Positions 15,924 through 26,762 of a DNA stretch of 64,000 nt are shown in pieces; positions within the stretch are counted from its first letter, which is position 1; each line of letters opens with the position of its first letter. The DNA is from the human T2T-CHM13v2.0 reference genome, Homo sapiens. The stretch lies in NCBI RefSeq assembly GCF_009914755.1, contig NC_060932.1; one strand, given 5' to 3'. A program made the position numbers and the translations under genes. The notes under the pieces were generated by a model that worked only from the letters and a program-made list of their open reading frames with translations, was not told the DNA's origin and ran no database searches.

Positions 15924-15998
15924 TTAGTTTGAACCATATGAACTCATTTTTGTAGGTCAAAAAGTCAAATATTCATAATTTTATATGATTCCACCTAA
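15924..15998. mobile_element. MADE2-like mariner MITE (~75 bp)
   Basis: Imperfect terminal inverted repeats ttagtttgaaccatatgaa...ttatatgattccacctaa with central ttttgtaggtcaaaaa. Confidence 0.7.
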
Positions 15999-16174
15999 GA
16001 AATATTTGTGGTAAGAGTGATGACATGGAAAATACTTAAAAAATGGGGCATTTTAATCCTTTACCAGGCTCACCATTTTCAAATGAGGGCTCCTGAACGT
16101 TATAGAGAAAGGGGAAAATCAGAAATGTGAACAGCTTAGAGTACAGGGATTCTGGGAAGAGGAGAATGAATCTT

Positions 16175-16484
<310 letters not shown>

Positions 16485-17479
16485 TCAGATGAAATTCAAG
16501 AATAAATTGCTAATGCCATGATTGTTAATCTATAGGTATTTTAAGCCAGTTTTAATATGTCTTTTTATTTTTAGGCAACTTATATAAGATATAAACAAAT
16601 GATTTACTTAAAATTGTAATAAACAGTAGGGGCAATGAAGATGTTTCTAGGTTTCCATCAAGCATTTTAGGATTAATCTGAACACACAACATTCATCATT
16701 TCAAGAAGAGACATGTATCAGACATAAATAACATTGCAAAAATCTCTTCTGCATCAAATTCACCAAGAAGATTTCTTTGACGCAAAGTACACAGATTTTA
16801 CTCCATATAGGAAAAGAAAGATTTTATACTTTTCTGATTGGAAAAATAGAGACAAAACTGGGCATTTAAGGGCTATCTGTATTTCCATTTTTGGAATGGA
16901 CTCATCTGCTTTGCTGCCGGAGAGTGATCACTTATCTGGAGAGTTAACATTTCTGCCCGGCACTTTGTTCTGAATGAGCACAGCCTGCAATGCAGAAACA
17001 GTTTTTCAGAAGGAAGCGAGAGTGACATTATTTGCCAGGAATCTCAAGGACAGGGCTCTTTCCACCCCCCCTAAGGTCACGCTCCAAGGCTCTTTTAAAC
17101 TATCTCAAAGAAATTATGTTTTATTTCTGGAGACCTCTGGAGATGAGAAAAGGACACTGATGTATACCAACATTGTTATATACTAGGCAATGTTCTTTGA
17201 TCCTTTAGATACTTTATTTCATTTAACTTCTCCACAGCATTATTATTACTACTACTATTGTTATACCATTATTATTTTAACATGTAAAACGAGGCTTAGA
17301 AAAAAAAAAGAGGCCTACAGCCACATCCTTTGATTCAAACCCTTGTCTTACTAACTCCAAAGTCCATTCTGTCTGTTTTACCTCACAGTGAGTGCCTCAC
17401 AGCCAGAACTCTTCCACCTCAGCTTGGTCTACTCATTGCAATGTTTAACAATTCTACTACCAACACTGTCCTCCTAAAT

Positions 17480-17692
17480 CAACAGCTCATAATTGAGAGT
17501 AATTTTGTCATCAGAGGACATTTGGCAATTCTGGGAGACATTTTTGGTTGTCACAATTTGGGGCAGTGAAAACTGGCAGGTAGCTGGTTGAGTCCAGGAA
17601 TGCTGCTGAACACCCTGCAGTGCACAGGACAGCCCCCACGACAAAGAATTATCCCACTCCATTGTCATCAGTGCCAAGGTTGTGAAGCTGTG
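17480..17692 (+). mobile_element. MER20 (hAT-Charlie DNA transposon)
   Basis: ggacatttggcaattctgggagacatttttggttgtcacaa...gcacaggacagccccc...aaagaattatcc. Confidence 0.8.
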
Positions 17693-19312
17693 GCCCAAGT
17701 CTTACATGCTTCTTAATCCCCTCACCCATCCCTATATTTCCTTGTTCTGGAAATTTTTGCCTACCTTCTGACAATCCATTTTTATTTCTAGACAATTAGA
17801 AAAACTGAATAATGAATGTAATCTTCTCGTTATGAAACTTTCATTAATATATTTTGTAGAGGTGATTGGCTAGACACTGCACAGTGGAAATGGATCTGTT
17901 TCTTTCTATTAGGAGCTTATAACCTTAGGTAGGCTTCTTTACTAAAGCCTAGAAGAGAAGCCAGCAGGAATACAGCTATGCTAAACTCACACACATCTTA
18001 GGGAAGGCTTTGAATTCTCAGAGGTTAATGAGAAAGGGAAAATGTTTTCAGGTGAAGAATGGAGGGTTATGGGGAGGGCAGTAACACATCCCTTGGGGGA
18101 GCCAAGGAAGTCATCACCTTCTCCCTGCTAGGTGTAGGATAGTCACGTGGAGGATGCCAAATTTCAGAACCTACCAACGGTAGGAAGAAATTTGTTCTGG
18201 GGGCAGTGCCGGATGTACACTGAACATACACGATGCCAATACATACATGTATGCACCCATTTTTTCTTTTACAACTTGTTTTTGGTTTTACTAATGAATA
18301 ATCCTGCAAATGATCTAACTCTCTCTTGTCCTTTGCTTTGCCTGTGTAAACACAGCAACAAGCAAACAGTAATTCAGTTATACCCTGTACTTGCAGCCCT
18401 CTTAATTGTTTTAAATTCTTTAAACAAAAAGCTAATATTTATTTGCCATTTTTTACACAACAGCTTTATTTGGGACATGCACTCACAATCCTCCAAGAAC
18501 AAATAGCTGTATAGATTTCCACAAGGCCCAAAGCAAACATAATATATAGAAAGACAAGCTTCCCAAATCCTGTATTCTTAGATTTCTAATTCCGTTAAGT
18601 GTGGCTTTAATATGCAGTCTAAGGCCTTTCCTGGTTGCATTATCTCTGAGCAGCCACAAGAGGGAGTGTGAAGAACGCAATGCTCTGTGGAACCGCGATT
18701 ACAGAAACCGTTTCCTTTAGTCCACAGCAGAAGCATCCGCAGCTTCCTGTATTCTGAGCAGAAGTAAGAGACACTTAGAACAGTCACTTGCATGTCCTCT
18801 TAACGTTCAGTTTACTCGGAAGAGGGAGAAAGGGAGGTTCTGAAGGTTCCTTGAGATTTCCTGTCCTTGGTTTGTAAACGATGCCTGAGGGAGATTTGGC
18901 AATATCAGCCCACACAGGCGTTGGGCTCCATTTGATTTAGCTGAATTTTTACCATGCCAAAAACGGCCAAGGCTACTGGGGTGACTTGGGGTTTGAGTGG
19001 AATTAATCACTTTAAGTTTGATTTTTCCACAGTGATTCATTTCCTTCAAAAAGGATCTTGATGATTTAGTTTGCCTTTGGCATTTTCAAAGGAAGAGAAA
19101 TCAACATTCTCTCTTTTCTTTCAAAATAGAACAGGGAATGGAAATCAGAGCCCCAGGTCTCCTCCCCTCGCACCTTCACTCTGTTTATGCGCTATTGCCA
19201 CAGGTGGGTGTCCTACAGAAAGCTCAAGTGCTTCCAAGAATACTCAGACAATTGCTATCAAGTAGGGCACTCAGGAAAGAGGACACTGATGGAATATTGG
19301 GGTCTCGTAGGG

Positions 19313-19487
19313 CGGTAGTTCTCAAACTTGGGCATAGATCAAAATCACTCAGAATACTTCCTTGTTCAAACACAGAGCTCAGTTTCGATTCAGTAGGTCT
19401 GAGATAGGGGCTGAGAATCAGCATTTTTAACAAGTTCTCAGGTGATGCTGAGGTTGCAGTTTGGAGAACACACATTGAGAATCACTG
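19313..19487. mobile_element. MER5A (hAT-Charlie)
   Basis: gttctcaaactt...gattcagtaggtctg...gcatttttaacaagttctcaggtgatgctga...ttgagaatcactg. Confidence 0.8.
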
Positions 19488-19884
19488 CTCTGAGGAGTAT
19501 TCTACGGAGAAATCCCTAAGATTTCTCCATTAATCCTGAGAATGGGGCCTGAGAATCTGCAGCACACTGGTCACAGTAACGATGTGCTCCCACGTGGGAT
19601 TGGTGCCTGAGATTCTGATCCCGGCTTCTAAGGCAACGACGACTATTTCCCACTCGTACCTCCTTGCAGACTCTAATGCTCCATGAAAGCTAGACTTCTG
19701 AATTAAACAAAATCTTCAGACTGCTTCCCCAGAATACTTTAAACCACTGAGCTTCCCTGCCACAACGTCTCACAACCCTGCTGATAGCTGTGGCCTCTGT
19801 TTTGAAATCTGAATGCATGGGAGGATGTATAGGCAGATGCATTCTCTACTAAGTGGATGCAATTTGCCAGAGTTTTCTACATTG

Positions 19885-20052
19885 ACTCAATTTCTGGGTG
19901 ACCTTGACAAGTTACTTTATCTCTGGGTATGTTCTATAAAATGGGAACAACAGCTGCACTTAAGGGTGGCACGTGGGTTGAATGAGCTAATACTTAAACA
20001 GTGATTAGGACAGTGGCTCTCACATTGTTCTCAATAAATATTAGCTATTACT
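19885..20052 (+). mobile_element. MIR fragment
   Basis: ctgggtgaccttgacaagttactt...tataaaatggg...ctcaataaatattagctatt. Similar MIR remnants at ~130-310, 15250-15430, 22250-22420, 23850-24030, 31950-32130, 37125-37215, 38060-38230 and 54080-54250. Confidence 0.7.
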
Positions 20053-20574
20053 GTTACCCTTCACCTTCACTTCTAGTATCGATTTCCTTATCTGGAAACT
20101 TGAACTAAAAAGCCTCTCAATTTCTGAGAGTGTATTCTTGTGCTGTGTTATTGGAATATTGGAAGTATGATGGAATTACCTTTAAACCTTTCACCTGGCT
20201 GAATGATATGGCCTGACCGCCACGCAGAGGTCAGTGATCAGGTGTAAAGGTCAATTATAATTTCTAAACCACATAGCTTGTTCCAGGTTTATTAATTTTG
20301 AACAGTCTGTGGTGCTGACTGTATGACCTTTGTAGCAGGTTAGAACTTACTTGAAACCGTTATTCTTTCTGCGTTACAAAATAACAGGAGGAAAAATAGG
20401 AAATGTGGTCCTGGTCAGATCAATGTGCTTCTAGCACACTGCTGTGTGATTTGGGGCAATGTATTTCATGTGCCTGTATCTGTTCCCTGAGTGCTGAAAT
20501 GGGTTAACAATTAAAAGCTGCTTCAGGATTACCAATCTGGTTTTCCACGTATATGACTAAGTATTATTGAATTA

Positions 20575-20727
20575 CAAATGCTCCTCAACTTATGGTGATG
20601 CTACATTCTGATAAACCCTTCCTAAATTGAAAATATGGGAAGTAAAAAATACATTTTTTACCACAATAAACCCGTGATGAAGTAGAAAACTTGTAAGTCA
20701 AACCATCCTAAGTCAAGGGACCATCTG
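20575..20727 (+). mobile_element. Short MER47/Tigger5-type DNA transposon
   Basis: TA-caaatgctcctcaacttatg...taagtcaagggaccatctg terminal inverted repeats. Confidence 0.65.
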
Positions 20728-20917
20728 TGCTTGTAAACTTTAAACAAATATCTTTTATATGAATTTTCATTTTTACCTTTTAATTTCTTAAACATTTATT
20801 TACTGTATAGGCGATATTGTCAAGATGTAAAATCCAACATGTTGAAAGGGTAAACAAGGAAAAACAAGTCTCCCTCCATACTTATCACCTGCCTACACAG
20901 TGTCTATCCACTGAGTC

Positions 20918-21595
20918 TTTTTTTTCAATTAATAGACATTATCTATTTGGGCAGTTTTAGGTTTACAGTTTTAGGTTTACAGAACCTACAGTTTTAGGTT
21001 TTTAGGTGGAAAGCACACAGAGTTAACATATGCTGATGCCCCCTGCCCTATACGCACAGCCACCCCCTCTAGTTTCAACATCCCACACCAGAGTGGGACA
21101 TTTGTTACAATCAATGAACCAGCATTGACACATCATTATCGGCTGAAGTCCACAGATTACATTAGGGTTCACTCTTGGTGTTGCAAGTTCTGCAGGTTTT
21201 GACAAATTTATCAAGACATGTATCCACTATTAGAGTATCACACAGAATAGTTTCACTGCCTTAAAACTCCCCTGTGCTTCACCTACTCATCCCTCCTTCC
21301 TGTTAAAGCCCTAGAAACTTCTGATCTTTGTACTGTCTTCATAGTTTTGCCTTTTCTAGAATGTCATATAGTTGAAATACTACAGTATCTATCCATTTCA
21401 GATTGGCCCCTTCCACTTAGCAATATGCATTTAAGGTCCCTCCATGTCTTAACTCACTCATCTTCAAATTCGTCTTCACCTATTTCTATTCACCTATTCA
21501 AGGACATCTTGGTTGATTTCAGGCTTTGGCAAGTATGCATAAAGCGGCTGTAAACATTCATGTGCAGGTTTTTGTGTGGATGTAAGTTTTCAGAT
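20918..21595 (-). mobile_element. L1MC-like 3' fragment
   Basis: gcagttttaggtttacag (locally tandem-duplicated), catttgttacaatcaatgaacc, ttttgccttttctagaatgtcatatagttg. Confidence 0.75.
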
Positions 21596-22638
21596 TGAGA
21601 CTTTTAAAACCATAACTCTGAGATGTAAGGAAATCGTAACCACTTGGGACATAGGACTGCCTTTTATCTCTCACATGCATCTTGTATTGAAGTCAGTTTC
21701 AAGCAGCTAGTATGATCACTGCCATAGTGTTTTCAACAGAAACATTTCCTGAAACATGTGTCTTTTAAACATTTTCTTCTCTAGGCTGACTCAGTAAAAT
21801 ATTGGTTAGGATGCTCTTCCCACCAAGAAGCTGAGGTGAAATTGAAATGTTACCTGTTTGTTCATCCTCTCATGCCTCAGAATCCAGATAAGGCTCTCTG
21901 CTGATGACATAACCATCATCCCAGTGTTCCCAAGTACATCATCCTCTGGCTGGCTGGCCCATCCTCAGCCATACTCACCATGTCCACCTCCCACCTCATT
22001 CCCATATCCATGGCTATGTCACTCGATATCCTTATTGCCATTTCCCTTACTTAATAAAAGCTGCTATCTTCCTCAACTACCTTCAGAATATTACACAATA
22101 ATTTGCCTGTAAGAGGTGTTTAGTAAACATTTATTGCTACCACAAAACGTTGTTGACACTGTTGCAGATAAGAACTATTTGACTAATCAGATTCTGTATC
22201 CCCTAGCATGAAAGATGCAGATTCATAAGAGGCACTTCTGGAAGAGTAACAATAGCTAACATGTTTTAATATTCACTACATATTAGGCATAATGCTAAGC
22301 ATTTTCACGTGTTACCTCACTTATCCTCATCAAAATCCGTATTTGTTATTATTACTCTCATTTTACATATGAGGAAACTGAACCTTTGCAAAAATAAATA
22401 ACTTGCCTGAGGACCTACGCAAACCGCCCATGTACTGCAAGAATTCCAAGATGTATATCAGGGCCTATGGCATGCAAAACCAAAACAGATTTTAATTGAT
22501 CTCACATGTCACATTGAAGTGAATTATTTAAGTCCTTGTCAATATAAATTTGAGCTTGTGGTTATTTGGTTAGTATTTGTCTTCCCCCAAAGACTGTATG
22601 TAAGCTTTGTGAAGTTAGGGACTGTTTTGCTACATATA

Positions 22639-22996
22639 CAGATGGTCCCCAACTTATGATGGTTCCACTTGCAATTTACTGACTTTACCATGTATGAAAG
22701 TGACATGCATTCAGTAGAAACTGTACTTTGATTACGCCTATAACGATTCCGTTTTTCACTTTCAGTGCAGTATCCAGTAAATTACATGATATATTAAACA
22801 CTGTATTATAAACTAAGCTTTGTATTAGATGATTTTGCCCAACTGTAAGCTAATGTGTGTTCTGAGCACATTCAAGATGGGCTAGGCTAAGCTGTGATGT
22901 TTAGTAGGTTGGGTGCATTGAGAGCATTTTCAACTTTCAATATTTTCAACTTAAGATGGGTTTATTGGGTTATAACACCATAGTAAATCAAGGAGC
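22639..22996 (-). mobile_element. MER47A/Tigger5-type DNA transposon
   Basis: cagatggtccccaacttatgatggtt...tattttcaacttaagatgggtttattggg...aggagc; opposite orientation to the 20575 copy. Confidence 0.7.
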
Positions 22997-24982
22997 TCTT
23001 AGCAAACTGGCCCATCTTAAGTATTTTTAATCTATAAATGACTTCAGCCTTCCTGTGGGTCAACAAATTCATCTCTTGACATGTCAACCCTGCTGAAAAA
23101 ATAAGGCATTTTGGAACCTGATATGAACAGTCATCACAAGGAATGTATTATTATCATCTCCTAGAACTGTGGTGCCATTCCTGTGTTTCATTCTTCAGGT
23201 TAATTTCTGGTATAGATCTTTGATGGAGAAAAACTGGGTCTGGTGAAGCACATTTTTTAAATGATTTGTGTAATATCAAGTACCTTCACATCTACTCTTA
23301 AAATTCTAACCATTCTTATGCGTGTTGGTTGCTGGGATTACATTATTGTGCCTACCCATAAATGATCAATTTTAACTCAAGAAGGAAGAATTTATGTTCT
23401 CACAGTTAATGGCTCAATGTATATCTGAACCAAAAATGGCTATTAGAGATTTGTGTGCTATCACAAAAGACAGTGGAAGCAAAACCAGAGTGTATTATTG
23501 TACTCTTTTCAAAAGCATTGTGCTTTCGCTATTGACTTCCTGTTGCTTAGAATTTCAAGTTTTAACTTCTCAGCCTGGCATTCAAGAAACTCCATCTGAT
23601 GACCCTAGCTTACATGCTCACCTTTATATAATAGTCCTTAACAGGGCCTCTGGGCTGCTGAAATGGATTCCGCTGTCCCTGTCTTATGTCAGGGTCATTT
23701 TAATCCACACCTTGCTCAGATAGCATGATTTGTTCACTTCTCTATCCATGCTTTCTCAAATTCCTCAAAACCAAGAATAAATGCAGTTTTCTGCTTTCTC
23801 TGGATGACTTCAATATATAGTAGGAACTTGATCACAACTTAGGTGTGAATAAGGGCTCAGATTCTGATTTGGGTTAAAACAAGTCTTCATTATTTGCTCT
23901 CTAGGTCATCTTGAGGGAGTTGCTAATTTCTCTAAATATAGTGTCCTTATTTGCAAAATGTAAATAGATAAAATTACCTTATAGAATTATTAAGAGTCAA
24001 TGAAACTTTACATGTAAAATGCTTAACAGTGAACACACAGAAATCAAAAGCTTGTTTTGATTTCCTTTAAATTATTTCAAATGATAGCTGTCAATTAGAT
24101 TGTAATTTCTTGTGTGAGAACTGAGATTATAAATTAAATTTTGAATAATCACAACTGTAAGTGCTTAATACATTCTTTTAGACCCAAGTAATCGGAGAAC
24201 AACATGAAGTTAAAGGAAGATGTAAAAACTTTGGCATGTGGTCCTCCAGTCAAGTCTGCATTATACTTTAACCTATTATAGTCAGGAACACAAGAGGAGG
24301 ACTGCTCTATTAGTGGTGGTGATGGAGTAAGGATTTTGTGTTTAATTTTAGTAATGTGAGGTTCAGGAAAGTATAGAACCTTCAATAAGAAGCCAATGGG
24401 GAGTAGGATTCACAGGTCTGGCAGTGAGAGGAGAGATGAGAGCTGGAGATACCAACTTCTGAGTGGTAATTGAGTCCATAGGCATTCAGGGTACCCTGGG
24501 AGGGGAGTGTAGTGTGCAAAACAGAGAGGATTTAGGAGCAAGGATTGTAGACTTGCTTATAGGCTGCACAGATGATGAATAGTTTGCAAAGAAAGTGAAA
24601 GAGTGAGTAGAAAGATAAAAGTAAGTCAGTGGTAACACTGTCCCCAGTAGAAGAGAATATTTCAAGAAGATGGGCATGCTTGATGTTGCCAAGTGCTTCT
24701 GAGGGGCCAAAGAAGTGAAGGTCTATAATAAGCATTGTGTTTTTCAGCAGGAGGCCACTGTTGACCTTTGTGGGAGCTGTCAGAAAGTTATTTGAAGTAG
24801 ATCAAGAAGAGAATGGGAAATAAAAAATAGAGAAATCAGGTAAAGAAAACAATTTAAAAAATTACTGTTAAAGAGTGAATAGAGACCGACACAAGGGATC
24901 TAGAAAGAAATGTGAGCTTTATTAACCTTTTTCAGGGGAGAGTTTTGAGCATTAGTAAAAGCCAATAGGGAGGTTACAGATC

Positions 24983-25446
24983 TGTTATAGGTTGAATTAG
25001 TCCCCCTATACTCATACATTAAAGTCCTAACCTCCAGTACCTCAGAATGTGACCTTATTTGGAAATAGGGTCATTGTAAGTGTAATTAATTAAGATGAGG
25101 TCATACTGGTTTTGGTTGGATTCTAATCCAGTATGACTGGTATTCTTCTATAAAGCTGAAATTTGGATACAGAGATGTTTCCATGGAGAATGCCACGTGA
25201 AGATGAAGGCAGAGATTGGGGTGATGTTTTTACAATCCAAGGAATACCAGAGATTGCCAGGATTCCACAAGCAGCTAGGTGAGAGGCATGGAATATATTC
25301 ATTTTCACAACCCTAAGAAACAGCTAATCTTGCCCACAACCTTGATTTCAGACTTGAGCCTCCAGAACTGTGAGACAATGACTTTCAGTTGTTTAAGCCA
25401 CCCAGTCTGTGGTACTTTGTTCTGGCAGCCCTAGAAAACTGATACA
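24983..25446 (+). mobile_element. MLT1B/C solo LTR within L2-like sequence
   Basis: tgttataggttgaatt...cctcagaatgtgaccttatttggaaatagggtc...gcagccctagaaaactgataca; perfect 5-bp TSD agatc. Confidence 0.88.
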
Positions 25447-26330
25447 AGATCATAGGAAAAAGATGAACATACGAAGGATAGTTGTTGGTGTACGTTCCTC
25501 AGAAGGTAAGAATGGGATTCAAGTTGGTAAGAAAGCTGATAGAATGTATGCAATGTGGGTAGGCTTATATGTTCATTATTGAAAAGGTAAAGGAGTTCTC
25601 ATCTGATGGCTTCTATTTTCTCTGTAAACTAGAGGGAGAGGTGTCTAATGAAAGTGAAGAAATACAAGGGGGAATTTTGAGGACCTAAGTGAGTTGGCCA
25701 CAGGATTCAAGTCATTCATAATCTGCTGTCTTGTGTAACTCTCTTCAGCAACAGGTGAAGTCACAGAGAAGTGAATAGCTGAGTCACTCAGTGCTGGAGT
25801 CTAGCAAGACAAGACAACTAAAATATAGAGCATTGAGAAATGTCATTTAAACAATATCTTGTGGAATCTAAGCCTACAGGAGTAGAAAGCTGGGTTTGAA
25901 GGATACGGTTGATGGTTTGAAGATGGTAAAGGAGTCTTAATAAGTCTGCAGAATGGTGGGAGAAGTTGAACAGGCAAGAGAGGAGAGAGATGTGGGCATG
26001 GGACATCTGATGTTGGGTCATGACAAGTCCCAAGACATGGCTATTGGAGCAGCCAGACCAAGCCAGGGAAGGGGAGGAGGACAAAAAAACTGTGAGGCAT
26101 GGGCCGTGATGTGGGGTAGAGTTTTTTACTTACTCAACAAATAATCACTGAATGTTTATTATGTGCCAAACACTACTCAAAGTGCTAGGAATAAAATTGT
26201 AAACTAAACAGGCATAAATATCTACCTTGCAGAGCTTCCAGTGGAAAGTGTCAAATAATAAAAATATTATTGAATATGTCAGATATGTAAGATAATAGTG
26301 CATTGGAAAAATTAAAATGGTGGTACTAGA

Positions 26331-26332
<2 letters not shown>

Positions 26333-26372
<40 letters not shown>
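26333..26372. repeat. (TG)20 microsatellite
   Basis: Direct reading. Confidence 0.95.
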
Positions 26373-26376
<4 letters not shown>

Positions 26377-26579
26377 CATGTTAAGAAGGGTGGTCAGGTC
26401 ATACTTCCTGATAAAGTGATATTCTATTCAAAACAGGTGAGAAAGGAAGCTATTTTCTTGTCTGGAAGAACATTTCAGAAAAGGAGAAAGGCAAGTAAAA
26501 GGCCCTGGATCCATATACACAATCCCATTCTAGCTCATTTAAAATAAATTGGTGTCCTTCAATGTGTTTGCCAATATTT

Positions 26580-26762
26580 CTGTGAGTTTCCTCACAGAGG
26601 GTGGCCTCAGGAAGATTCTCACAGGGGAGGCCTCACAGGTGTGCTCACAGAGGCAGCCTCACAGGTGTCCTCACAGGGAAACCACACAGTGTCCTCACAG
26701 CTGTCCTCGCAGAGAGAGGCCTCACAGCACAGGTGTCCTCACAGGGGGTGCCTCACAGGGCT
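26580..26762. repeat. Degenerate CTCACAG-core minisatellite (12-14 bp period)
   Basis: Ten exact CTCACAG cores (26591, 26618, 26632, 26644, 26658, 26670, 26694, 26721, 26738, 26752) plus about 4 degenerate cores. Confidence 0.9.

Noticed and set aside
26580-26762. CRISPR-like repeat-spacer array
   Set aside because: The cores are 7-8 bp with 4-9 bp related spacers, the context is primate and there are no cas genes.
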